Source: an uncultured virus (IMG/VR IMGVR_UViG_3300028897_000536) (Duplodnaviria; Heunggongvirae; Uroviricota; Caudoviricetes). From it: a stretch of 64,000 nucleotides of DNA. This document shows positions 1 to 8,835 of this stretch, one piece after another. Each line of letters starts with the position of its first letter. Positions within the stretch are counted from its first letter, which is position 1. The stretch is from IMG/VR virus record IMGVR_UViG_3300028897_000536. One strand, given 5' to 3'. A program made the translations under genes and the position numbers. Below the pieces are notes generated by a model. The model was not told where the DNA came from. It saw only the letters and a program-made list of their open reading frames with translations, and made no database searches.

Positions 1-1026
1 TATTATAATTATTATAATAAAAATAACACTTTTTTAAAACTTGATTATAAATATTTTATAAATGAATTAATAAAAATTTATAGAATAAGTAAAAATGAAA
101 ATATTAATATTTATGAAAAAGTTAAAAATGTAGAAAATAATGTAAAAAAACATTTATTATGTTTTAGAGTTTATAAATATAATGTAGAAACTAACGAAGA
201 AAAATTTATAGCAAAAATAAATATTGAAAATAGAAAAGGGAAATCTAAAGATTATTACTTTTTTATTAATGATATTAAAATGCCTAAAATGAAAATGAAA
301 TTTGCCCTTGAATTTATTAGTGATAATTATAGCGGATATGGATATAGTAATTATAATGATAATGTAGATACAGCTTATAAAATTATTAATAGATTACAAA
401 ATATTAAAACTTCTTTGAAACAGATTAAATATTATAGCGGTAAGCAATTAGAATTATTAAAAGGAAAAACTATCAATATAAATTATAATGGATTAGATGT
501 AAATTTACATTTTGATATAAGTAATCCTAACTTTGATTTTAATAATTGGAAAGTAAAATTTGGTAAATATGAAGTAGTTAAAAATTATACACAAGTTAAA
601 GAAGCATTAAGGCATTGTTACGGTGGAGATATTGTATCGGTTATATATAGATTAAGTAAAGAATTAGGTAATAAAATAGAAGATGAAGTAATTGATTGGG
701 TTAAAACTGCCCTTGAAAGACGAAAACAAGCCGAAGATAAAGCAAAAGACCTATTTTTAGCGTTTGTAGAGCAAAATAAAGCAAGAGTTATTCCTAAAGA
801 CGATTATTATATTGTGAAGGGTAAATTAAAGAATTATAAAGTTGCTTTTAAAAATAATGATAATAAAGATGTAGGTGTTTGGACTTATCCTAATAATAAT
901 TATATATGTATTCACGCTAAAGACAAAAGAGGACACGATTTAGTAGGATATGATAAAATGCTTCAATTTTGTTTAACGCTTCTTAACGATAGTAATATCA
1001 GGGAAGAAGTATCTACTTTAAGATAA
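1..1026 (+). CDS. Hypothetical protein, 5'-truncated by the window edge; C-terminal domain with a YICIH Cys motif; directly upstream of the Ubl gene
   Basis: Frame 1 is stop-free from base 1 into the listed 280..1026 ORF, so the gene starts before the window; C-terminus ...TYPNNNYICIHAK...GYDKMLQFCLTLLND. Confidence 0.7.
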   Translation, partial: YYNYYNKNNTFLKLDYKYFINELIKIYRISKNENINIYEKVKNVENNVKKHLLCFRVYKYNVETNEEKFIAKINIENRKGKSKDYYFFINDIKMPKMKMKFALEFISDNYSGYGYSNYNDNVDTAYKIINRLQNIKTSLKQIKYYSGKQLELLKGKTININYNGLDVNLHFDISNPNFDFNNWKVKFGKYEVVKNYTQVKEALRHCYGGDIVSVIYRLSKELGNKIEDEVIDWVKTALERRKQAEDKAKDLFLAFVEQNKARVIPKDDYYIVKGKLKNYKVAFKNNDNKDVGVWTYPNNNYICIHAKDKRGHDLVGYDKMLQFCLTLLNDSNIREEVSTLR

Positions 1027-1052
1027 AATAAAAAAAAAAGGGGGGTGAGAAA

Positions 1053-1256
1053 GTGAAAGTTAAAATTTTAGATGACACAGGACACACAGAAATGACTTGT
1101 GAAACGATTGATGATTTGAAGAAAGAAATTAAAGACAGAAAGTTGGAAGATAAGTTTATGTTTGCTGACGGAAAATTTATCAATATAGTATCACTTGACG
1201 GAATTAAAGAAATTCCGCACGAAGTAGTATTTACAGAACGATTAATAGGCGGTTGA
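1053..1256 (+). CDS. Ubiquitin-like (beta-grasp, ThiS/MoaD/SAMP-like) protein with free C-terminal Gly-Gly
   Basis: 67 aa; N-terminal beta-hairpin pattern MKVKILDDTGHTEM; ends ...FTERLIGG-stop; GGGGGTGA SD before GTG; ThiF/E1 gene 540 bp downstream. Confidence 0.75.
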   Translation: MKVKILDDTGHTEMTCETIDDLKKEIKDRKLEDKFMFADGKFINIVSLDGIKEIPHEVVFTERLIGG

Positions 1257-1268
1257 GAGATACTGCCT

Positions 1269-1309
1269 ATAAGGGCAATATATTTAACTTCTTTTGCCCT
1301 TATGTTTTT
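1269..1309 (+). terminator. Intrinsic terminator-like hairpin after the Ubl gene
   Basis: Perfect 10-bp inverted repeat ATAAGGGCAA (1269-1278) / TTGCCCTTAT (1294-1303) followed by GTTTTT. Confidence 0.6.
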
Positions 1310-1326
1310 ATAATTATGAAGGAAAA

Positions 1327-1446
1327 ATGAAAATACCTTGTAAAAAATGTAAATTAGCTTTAAAAGAGCCATTTATTAATTGCGAACAAAATTGTAAAAA
1401 ATATTTAAAATGGCTAAAAAAGGAGAAGGAGAAGGAGAAGAAATGA
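1327..1446 (+). CDS. Small Cys-rich (putative zinc-binding) protein, 39 aa
   Basis: Manual translation MKIPCKKCKLALKEPFINCEQNCKKYLKWLKKEKEKEKK; AAGGA SD; ATGA overlap with next ORF. Confidence 0.5.
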   Translation: MKIPCKKCKLALKEPFINCEQNCKKYLKWLKKEKEKEKK

Positions 1447-1588
1447 AATTAGGAACTATAAAAATTAAAAAATGTAAAATTACAAATAAAAAAGTGAAAA
1501 TGTATTATACAGGAAATTTTAAAAGCGAAAAAGGAGAAAACGGACATAAAGGGTGGTTGTGCTTACATAATGGAGAATAAAAAGATAT

Positions 1589-1750
1589 ATGATATATAAT
1601 GTAATTTGGGAAGAAAGATATAAAATTAAAATTGAAGCAAAATCAAAAGAAGAAGCAAGGGATAAATTTGAAGCGTTAGGGATAGAAGAAATGAGAAATG
1701 CTTATCAGGAAACTACTTTTTTTGAAATTGAAAAATATAGAGATTTATAG
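1589..1750 (+). CDS. Small phage protein with an EAKSxEEA motif, 53 aa
   Basis: Manual translation MIYNVIWEERYKIKIEAKSKEEARDKFE...; similar motif in ORF 3720..3872 (VEAKSEKEA). Confidence 0.5.
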   Translation: MIYNVIWEERYKIKIEAKSKEEARDKFEALGIEEMRNAYQETTFFEIEKYRDL

Positions 1751-1796
1751 ATTTTGTGGTAAAAAAAAAAAAAAGAAAAAAAGGAGAAGAATATAA

Positions 1797-2384
1797 ATGA
1801 AAAAGTTAGGTATAATCGGTTTAAATGGTATAGGTAGTTATTTTGTAAGAGGACTTAACGAAGCATTAAAAAAGGATATTAGAGGATTTGATGAAGTTAA
1901 TCCTTTGGGTATTGATTTGATTGATTTTGATACCATAGAGGAGAAAAACTTGAGTTATACTATATATGATATAGAACATATCGGTATGAAAAAAGCTGAT
2001 GTTTTAGCTGAAATTACAGGTTATAAAGCAGTTGATAAGAAAGTAGAAACAGTAGAAGATATATCGGACTACGATTTTATTATTCTTTGTGTAGATAATA
2101 ATAAAGTAAGAAATATAGTTTATGATAGTGGACTACCATTTTTGGATTTAAGAGCAAAAGGCAAGGGTGTTTTAGGTTATTTAACACAAAAATGTTTAGA
2201 TGACGGTGAATATAAAGAATTGACGATAGATGACGGAAGAAAAGGTAGTTGTCAGTATGATAACGATGTAGAAGAAAAAGATATTGAATTCGGTAATAAA
2301 ATTATAGCTGAAATAGGATTACAATTATTTAAAGATTATCTACAAGGAGAGATATCCCAAAAAAAACATATTTTAATGGTATGA
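1797..2384 (+). CDS. ThiF/MoeB/E1-like adenylyltransferase (Ubl-activating enzyme)
   Basis: Rossmann motif IIGLNGIGS, DFDTIEEKNL, KKADVL and LCVDN motifs of the ThiF family; C-terminal GSCQ Cys. Confidence 0.85.
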   Translation: MKKLGIIGLNGIGSYFVRGLNEALKKDIRGFDEVNPLGIDLIDFDTIEEKNLSYTIYDIEHIGMKKADVLAEITGYKAVDKKVETVEDISDYDFIILCVDNNKVRNIVYDSGLPFLDLRAKGKGVLGYLTQKCLDDGEYKELTIDDGRKGSCQYDNDVEEKDIEFGNKIIAEIGLQLFKDYLQGEISQKKHILMV

Positions 2385-2775
2385 AAGGAGAAAATATGGA
2401 ATTCTATTTTTTTGACGGTATGGAATATGTTGAGTGTTCTAAAGAATTAAAAGATGATTTACTTCTATTATGTGAAGATAACGAAATTATGAAAGAAGTA
2501 ATTACAGAATATTTTAATAGAAAAAATAAGGAATAGGAGAAAAAAAAATTTTTAAATAACCTGCAGGGGTAGAATTTACGAAAAAAAGTTTTCAATATGT
2601 CAATAAAATAAAGGGATTTAAGATGTAAAAATTATTATAACCTGCGAAAATTGTTTTATGGGATTTTATTTTTAATTTTTTTTTTACCCTCCTTTTTTCA
2701 ATGGGGGAAGTATTTTTTTCACGTTTACCTTTTCACGAAAAAATTTCCTTGGGTTTTGGTCTTCTTAAAAATATT

Positions 2776-2793
2776 TATAACCAATTGGTTATA
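2776..2793. promoter_or_regulatory. Perfect 18-bp palindrome, candidate operator
   Basis: TATAACCAATTGGTTATA equals its own reverse complement and abuts the GGGGGTG SD of the next ORF. Confidence 0.5.
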
Positions 2794-2931
2794 GGGGGTG
2801 AAAGATGAAAGTATTACAGAAAAACAGGGGCGGTGAAACTATTTGTGATAAATGCGGAAAGGATATTGAATATTATGATGATTATTTTGTGGAAACTGAT
2901 ACAGGAGAAATATTTTGTGAAAAATGTATAA

Positions 2932-3132
2932 ATGGGTAGGAGGGTGATGAGAAAAGAGAAGATTTATTTTAATATTTGGGAATATTTAGATATTGACGCT
3001 ATAAATCAATTAGTTGATGAAAAGGTTAAAAAAGACGATTTACCTACCGATATTGATTACGCTTGTTTAAAGATTAAAAAAAATGGGGATATTGAAGTAG
3101 AGGCGAATTTTGAATTATACCAAGACTTATGA
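2932..3132 (+). CDS. Hypothetical protein
   Basis: 66-aa ORF in the early small-gene run. Confidence 0.55.
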   Translation: MGRRVMRKEKIYFNIWEYLDIDAINQLVDEKVKKDDLPTDIDYACLKIKKNGDIEVEANFELYQDL

Positions 3133-3170
3133 GTGAATAGTTTTTGCTGGGAGTTGCTGGGAGAAATTTT

Positions 3171-3432
3171 ATGCTAATTAAATTTTTTTATTTATTTTTG
3201 ATGTTACCTTTTTCTATCTGGTTATTTATAGAAGTAAAAGATTTGGCTTCTACTTTAATATATTATTTATCAATGACAGGTATTAAAAAAAACGAGAAAG
3301 AATATCTTGTTATCTTTTTTATTTTATTTTTAATAGGCGTTTTTGGTATGTATAGATAATATGGTAATATTATTAGTAATTTTTGGTAGTATATTAATAT
3401 TTTATATATTAGACGGATTATCTAAAAAAAAT
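3171..3432 (+). repeat. Diverged direct repeat, copy 1 (small membrane ORF plus start of a TM-anchored ORF)
   Basis: Aligns by eye with 4093..4343: IKFFYLFLxLPFSIWL...KEYLxIFFILFLIGVFG and MVILLVIFxSILIFYILxGLSKKN occur in both. Confidence 0.85.
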
Positions 3433-3719
3433 TCTTCTGTTCAGGCGGACTCCTCAAAAAAATTTTTAAACATTTTCGCTGATGGTAAAAAAAATTTTAA
3501 TAGCTCTGGAGCTCTTATCAAAAAATTTTTCTTGCTGGGGGATTTGATATGCCAAACTGTCCTTAAATCAATTTTTTTTAAAAAAATCTTTGAAAAAAAT
3601 TTTTCAATCGACACGTGGAAAACCGAAGCAATCAAGAATATCATCAGGTATTATGCAAGGATTATATTTTGGTTTGGGGTGTTGTTTATAGCAACGATAC
3701 AGTAAAAAGGGGGTGAAAG

Positions 3720-3872
3720 ATGAAGAAAAGAAAAATGTTTACTTGTAGCTATACACAAAGCGTTGAGGCAAAGAGTGAAAAAGAGGCGTTGAAAAAGTTT
3801 GAACAAGTGCTTGAAAATAGGTGGTATGTAAACAGCGATAGTTTTGATGTAGAAGAAGAAAAGGAGAGGTGA
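3720..3872 (+). CDS. Small phage protein with a VEAKSEKEA motif, 50 aa
   Basis: Manual translation; GGGGGTGAAAG SD before ATG. Confidence 0.5.
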   Translation: MKKRKMFTCSYTQSVEAKSEKEALKKFEQVLENRWYVNSDSFDVEEEKER

Positions 3873-4092
3873 AAGATGAAGAAACCGAAGAAGAAGAAAG
3901 AACATTTGAAAGAATTAGAAGAAAAAAAATACTGCGATAATTGCGAAGCTCAAGTATCTGACGATGGTTACTCTATTGACGAAAAAGCGTGTTTCTATTG
4001 TAAATTAGATTGATAACAAGGGGTTGAGATGACAACGTCATCTTTTAAATCTTTTCTTGGTCAAAAAAAATTTTTGGGGGATGTTAGGCGTT

Positions 4093-4343
4093 ATGATTAA
4101 ATTTTTTTATTTATTTTTGATATTACCTTTCTCTATATGGTTATTGTTAGAAGTTAGTGATATAGTTCATACTTTAAGTATGATAGGTATGAAAAAAAAA
4201 GAGAAAGAATATCTTCTTATATTTTTTATTTTATTTTTAATAGGCGTATTTGGTATTTATAGGTGGTAAATATGGTAATATTATTAGTAATTTTTAGTAG
4301 TATATTAATATTTTATATATTAAATGGACTATCTAAAAAAAAT
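4093..4343 (+). repeat. Diverged direct repeat, copy 2 (small membrane ORF ending 4269 plus the RuvB N-terminal TM segment)
   Basis: See copy 1. Confidence 0.85.
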
Positions 4344-5402
4344 GAATTGGAAGAAAAAAATTTTCCTGCCAGCCCAATAAAATTTTTGTCCATTGAACCT
4401 TATTCTGATAATTCTGAATATGAACCTTCTATTATAGTTAAAGAACCTTATTTTAACCCTACAAAAATAAAAAATTTTGAGAAGACGCCTGATGCTAAAA
4501 AATTTATTTTTCGTCCTCGAACTTTAGAAGAATATATCGGACAGGATAAAGCAAAGAAATTAATCCGTCTAAATATTAGAAAAATTAAAGAATTAAAGCC
4601 AGTTCATATCCTTATTAGCGGACATAGAGGATGTGGAAAAACTACTTTAACTCACATTATAAAAAATTTACTGAATGGCAAAATGATTGAACGAATTGGT
4701 GGAGAACTCTCTAATCCCGAACAGATTGTAGATTTAATTAATGAAATTAATGTTTCGGAAGGAAGAGTTATTCTCTTTATAGATGAAATTCACGCATTAA
4801 ATCCTAAATTATGCGAAACTTTTTATCCTATAATGGAAGATTTTAAAATAGCAGGAAGAGAAGTTAAACCTTTTATTTTTATTGGGGCAACTACAGAAAA
4901 AAATATTTTAATGAAAAAAGTAGCCCCTTTTGTAGATAGATTTCAAGTCCAAGTAGAATTAGAAAAATATACTGAAGATGATATTATTGCTATTCTTAAA
5001 CAATATAAAGAACAATTATTCCCTAATAGAGAAATATCTCCTATTAACTACCGTATAATAGCTAAAAATAGCAGATTTACCCCAAGAGTAGCTATTACTT
5101 TGTTAGAAGATAATCTCATTGAAAAAGACATTAGAGAGGTCTTAGAGTGCCATAGAATTGTAAAAAACGGTATTACGGAGATAGATTTAAAGATATTACA
5201 GATATTAGAAGAAAATAATAGACCTATTGGTGCTAAATCTCTTTCTCGTATGATAGGCATAAGTCAAGCTGATTATGAACAAGTTTATGAGAGTTTTTTA
5301 ACTGAACAAGAATATATTATCCCTACTTCAAGAGGTAGAGTATTGGGCGAGAAAGGTAAATTATTATTAGAAACTTTAAAAGAAAGGAGTAAAAATGTAT
5401 GA
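4263..5402 (+). CDS. ruvB: RuvB-like AAA+ Holliday junction branch migration ATPase with an N-terminal hydrophobic helix
   Basis: FRPRTLEEYIGQ, Walker A GHRGCGKTT, Walker B LFIDEIH, IGATTE, DRF, TPR and TSRGR RuvB motifs. Confidence 0.85.
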   Translation: MVNMVILLVIFSSILIFYILNGLSKKNELEEKNFPASPIKFLSIEPYSDNSEYEPSIIVKEPYFNPTKIKNFEKTPDAKKFIFRPRTLEEYIGQDKAKKLIRLNIRKIKELKPVHILISGHRGCGKTTLTHIIKNLLNGKMIERIGGELSNPEQIVDLINEINVSEGRVILFIDEIHALNPKLCETFYPIMEDFKIAGREVKPFIFIGATTEKNILMKKVAPFVDRFQVQVELEKYTEDDIIAILKQYKEQLFPNREISPINYRIIAKNSRFTPRVAITLLEDNLIEKDIREVLECHRIVKNGITEIDLKILQILEENNRPIGAKSLSRMIGISQADYEQVYESFLTEQEYIIPTSRGRVLGEKGKLLLETLKERSKNV

Positions 5403-5865
5403 TTTTAAAGAAATAAGAAAAAGAATTGATAAAGTTGAATTAAGTATAAAAAAATATAAAGAAGAACCTTCTACAATTCCTACATTAACTTATGCTGAAT
5501 TAGTGAGATTAGAAATAGAATTATGTAGATTAAAATTAGAATATAATACTTATAAAGTGTTGTTTATGAATTTAAAAGGTGAAGAAGATTTATAAAGGAG
5601 ATAAATGAAAGACTTAAATTTAGATAATAAAACTAAAATCTTATTAAAGATAGCAATTATTATGTATATAATATCAATGATTGTGGGTTTATTTATTAAA
5701 TAAAGGAGGATTTATGCCTTATGGATAAAAGTAAAATCATTGATAACTTACCGAATGAGGAGGAGATAAAGGAAAAAATAACAGAATTAAAGATACCTGC
5801 TTTAATGGGTTTTGAAATAAACCTTATAACCAAAGCAATCTATAAAAGAATAATGGGGGTGGAAG

Positions 5866-6189
5866 ATGTTAAGTAAAAAAATTTATAACAAAAGTGTATA
5901 TCAGTTAGAGAACTATCTAAAAAAGGTAAGAAAAAGACCTCTTACATTAGTTAAATTTAATGAAATATCTGCTTTAATTAAAATTAAAAGAAAAGAAAAT
6001 CAAGAATTTGCTGAAAGATTATTAGATAGTAAGTTGTTTAGTTTAGCTACGGAATATTTAAAAGGAGAGGGTAAAGCTGAAAGAGTAGTTTTAAATGAAA
6101 ATAGTTATTATGATTATGAAGCTATTGATATTATTCTAACTATGAAAAAAATTTTAGACGAGTCTCACAGAAAGAATATTCTTTTATAA
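5866..6189 (+). CDS. Hypothetical protein
   Basis: 107-aa ORF with a GGGGTGG SD. Confidence 0.6.
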   Translation: MLSKKIYNKSVYQLENYLKKVRKRPLTLVKFNEISALIKIKRKENQEFAERLLDSKLFSLATEYLKGEGKAERVVLNENSYYDYEAIDIILTMKKILDESHRKNILL

Positions 6190-6225
6190 AAAGAGAATTA
6201 AGAAAAATTTTTAATTATTAAGAAA

Positions 6226-7020
6226 ATGGATATAAATAATTATAAAAATTGGTTGTTAATTAATGGCAATTCTCACTCTACTATTGTAAATTACATTCAA
6301 AGAATTGCTGATTTTCTTAAAAAATATAAAATTGAAGAAATTACTGAAGAAAATATAACTACTTATTTATTAGAATTAAAAGAAAAATACTCTCCTATAA
6401 CAGTAAATGGATATAGAAGTGCTATAAAGTCTTATTTAGATTTTATTAAGAAAGACATTAAATTGCCGAAACAGCTAAAAATAGATAAAAAATTACCTGA
6501 TAGTATTACAGAAAAATATTTTGAAGATAATGTAATCCCAACAGCTGAAATTATTTTTAAAAATACTCTTAAAGTAAAAACTATTTTATATTTTATGTTT
6601 TATACAGGCGTAAGAATTAGCGAACTGCCTTCATTAAAACGAGATAATTTTGATTTAAAAGAAAGAACAGCTAAAATATATGTTAAGAAGAAAAAAGAAG
6701 AAAGAATAATTGTTTATACTGAAAAAGTAAAATCTTTTTTAGAAATGTTTTTTACTGCTGAAGCGGAACGCTCTAACGCTTTTAATATAACTCAAAAGAA
6801 AATTAGATATATATTTGCTCGTATAAACCTTTATTTAAAAGAGGTTAATTTTCACCCTCATTTATTAAGGCATAGTTTTGCTACTCATTTGCTTCAAAAA
6901 GGCGTTGATTTAAGTGTAGTTAGTAAATTATTAGGTCATAGCAGTATTCAATCGACTATGCGGTATTTAAACCTCAATATAACCCTCATTAAAGACATCT
7001 ATGATAAGAAAATAGGATAA
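6226..7020 (+). CDS. Tyrosine recombinase/integrase (XerC/XerD-like)
   Basis: N-terminal SAM-like domain, [32 protein letters not shown] catalytic motifs. Confidence 0.93.
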   Translation: MDINNYKNWLLINGNSHSTIVNYIQRIADFLKKYKIEEITEENITTYLLELKEKYSPITVNGYRSAIKSYLDFIKKDIKLPKQLKIDKKLPDSITEKYFEDNVIPTAEIIFKNTLKVKTILYFMFYTGVRISELPSLKRDNFDLKERTAKIYVKKKKEERIIVYTEKVKSFLEMFFTAEAERSNAFNITQKKIRYIFARINLYLKEVNFHPHLLRHSFATHLLQKGVDLSVVSKLLGHSSIQSTMRYLNLNITLIKDIYDKKIG

Positions 7021-7021
7021 A

Positions 7022-7564
7022 ATGAAATATTTTTTTACTGCTGATTATCATTTAGGTCATAAAAATATTATTAAATATTGTAATAGACCTTTTAAAACTT
7101 TAGATGAAATGAATAAAACTATTGTTAGAAATCATAATCAAAGAGTTAAATCTGATGATATAGTTTTCCATATAGGAGATTTTTGTTTTAAAAATTCATC
7201 TGAAATAAAAGGGGAAGGAATTAGAATAAAAGCTTTAGAGTGGGAAAAACGATTAAATGGAAAAATTATACATATAAAAGGTAATCACGATAGAAATAAC
7301 TCTTGTAAAACTCTTCTCGAAAGTGCTATTATTAAATATGGCGGAGAGTTAATTTATTTAGTTCATAGACCTGAACATTTTAATTCTAATTATGATATAA
7401 ATTTTGTTGGACATGTTCATAATATTTGGAAATTTAAAAGAATAAAAACTCAATTTACCTATGTTGATCTTATAAATGTAGGTATAGATATATGGAACTT
7501 TATGCCTGTTACTTTTGAAGAAATAATGCGAAAATACTATTTTTGGAAAAAAACCTCCTTTTAA
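7022..7564 (+). CDS. Calcineurin-like metallophosphoesterase
   Basis: ADYHLGH, IGDF, KGNHD, GHVH, NVGID motifs. Confidence 0.9.
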   Translation: MKYFFTADYHLGHKNIIKYCNRPFKTLDEMNKTIVRNHNQRVKSDDIVFHIGDFCFKNSSEIKGEGIRIKALEWEKRLNGKIIHIKGNHDRNNSCKTLLESAIIKYGGELIYLVHRPEHFNSNYDINFVGHVHNIWKFKRIKTQFTYVDLINVGIDIWNFMPVTFEEIMRKYYFWKKTSF

Positions 7565-7570
7565 ATTATT

Positions 7571-7639
7571 TTAAATAGGGTAATTTAAACCTTCCTTTAC
7601 CCTATTTAAGTCATTTTACCCCATTTATTTACCCTATTT
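7571..7639. repeat. Inverted repeat and short direct repeats in the largest intergenic region
   Basis: TTAAATAGGGTAA...TTACCCTATTTAA 13-bp inverted repeat; TTTACCC(T/C)ATTT occurs three times. Confidence 0.7.
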
Positions 7640-7943
7640 GTCTTTACAATTGTAAAGTTACTATATCTATTATTAACTATTTACCTTATAATTAATTACT
7701 AAAGTATTATAAAATAGTTAATATGAGATATAAAAGAAGTATTAATACTCACTATGTTCGTATTAATAAGAGTTAAATATCTTGCAATATATCCAGTTAG
7801 ATAGATTACAACCACCTTTTGTAAACGCTTTCATAATTGGTATTTTTAGCAATAAACCACATTTTTCGGTTTAAATATGGTTATTTTTTTCTCGGATTTC
7901 TATAACTTCCTATATATCAATTATTTATAAAAGTTCTAAAACC

Positions 7944-7973
7944 TTGACAACTAACCACTTAATATGGTATAAT
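7944..7973 (+). promoter_or_regulatory. Consensus sigma70 promoter with extended -10
   Basis: TTGACA (7944-7949), 18-bp spacer, TATAAT (7968-7973) preceded by TG-n. Confidence 0.85.
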
Positions 7974-8023
7974 TAAACCAGTAAAGTTAGTATGGCTAAA
8001 TATCGGTCAATATGTAAGGATTT

Positions 8024-8305
8024 ATGAGGAATAGGTTACAGGTTTCGTTTAAAGGTAATATGTGGGGTATTGGAGAGGTAAAAAAGGGTAGGACTAAAAG
8101 ACCTCGTTCACGCACCTTAAAGACATACAATAAAAAGCTCGCCAAATTAAAGAAATTCTATCAAAAACATCCAAAACTACAATCTAAATATCCAAATTTT
8201 GAGGATTGGATAGGTAAAATCCCTTTGAAGAAAGTCCGTTCAGAGTCCACTCCAAGAGTAGTTGTTTCGGCTCAAACAGCAAGAAGAGGATTAGGATGGA
8301 TATAG
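8024..8305 (+). CDS. Small basic hypothetical protein
   Basis: 93-aa K/R-rich ORF right after the promoter. Confidence 0.55.
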   Translation: MRNRLQVSFKGNMWGIGEVKKGRTKRPRSRTLKTYNKKLAKLKKFYQKHPKLQSKYPNFEDWIGKIPLKKVRSESTPRVVVSAQTARRGLGWI

Positions 8306-8835
8306 AAGGTTGGGAAGACAAAACTTGTGAAACTTGTAGATTCAGATTTGGTAGTCAATGCAGAAAAAATCCCCCATGTATAGATAGTCCATATATTAAT
8401 AGACCAGATTATTATCCTTACATAGTAGTTATAGAGGCAGGAAAAGAATTATATCAAGATGCTTGTAGTTTTTATGAAAAAAAAGATTAGGAATGGTTAG
8501 ATGAAAATAATAAATGAGTGAAAAAGAAATTCTTTTTTGTTTATATGGTTTAATTAGTGTTAGTTTAGCTATATTAATATATTGGTGCGTTAAAAAATGA
8601 AAAAACGAAAATATAAATTAGAAGAAAAATTAGGAAAAGGTTGTTTTATTGTTTCTTATTTAGAAGATTTATATTGCTTAAAGTGTCAAAAAATATTTAA
8701 AAGAAAAATTGTAGTTGGAATTTATACTACAGAAAAAATTTTAAATCCAAAATGTAACTATTGTAATTCAGATTTAAAAAGAAAATATGAAATTATTTAT
8801 TGTGAACATTGTAAAAAAATAACAGAAAGAACTTA

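Noticed and set aside
1013..1372. Listed - strand ORF, and similar antisense ORFs (2404..2595, 3441..3644, 3651..3905, 5048..5260, 14115..14309, 26679..26864, 31515..31805, 35154..35345, 40372..40566)
   Set aside because: Shadows of well-supported + strand genes or low-complexity DNA; no motifs recognised
2573..2603. Leftward sigma70 promoter (TTGACA on the - strand)
   Set aside because: The best -10 (TAAATT) lies at a 19-bp spacer, and such matches are expected by chance in AT-rich DNA
7904..7935. Exact dif site
   Set aside because: Only the left ACTTCCTA resembles a Firmicutes dif arm and the XerD arm does not match; kept only as part of the control-region finding
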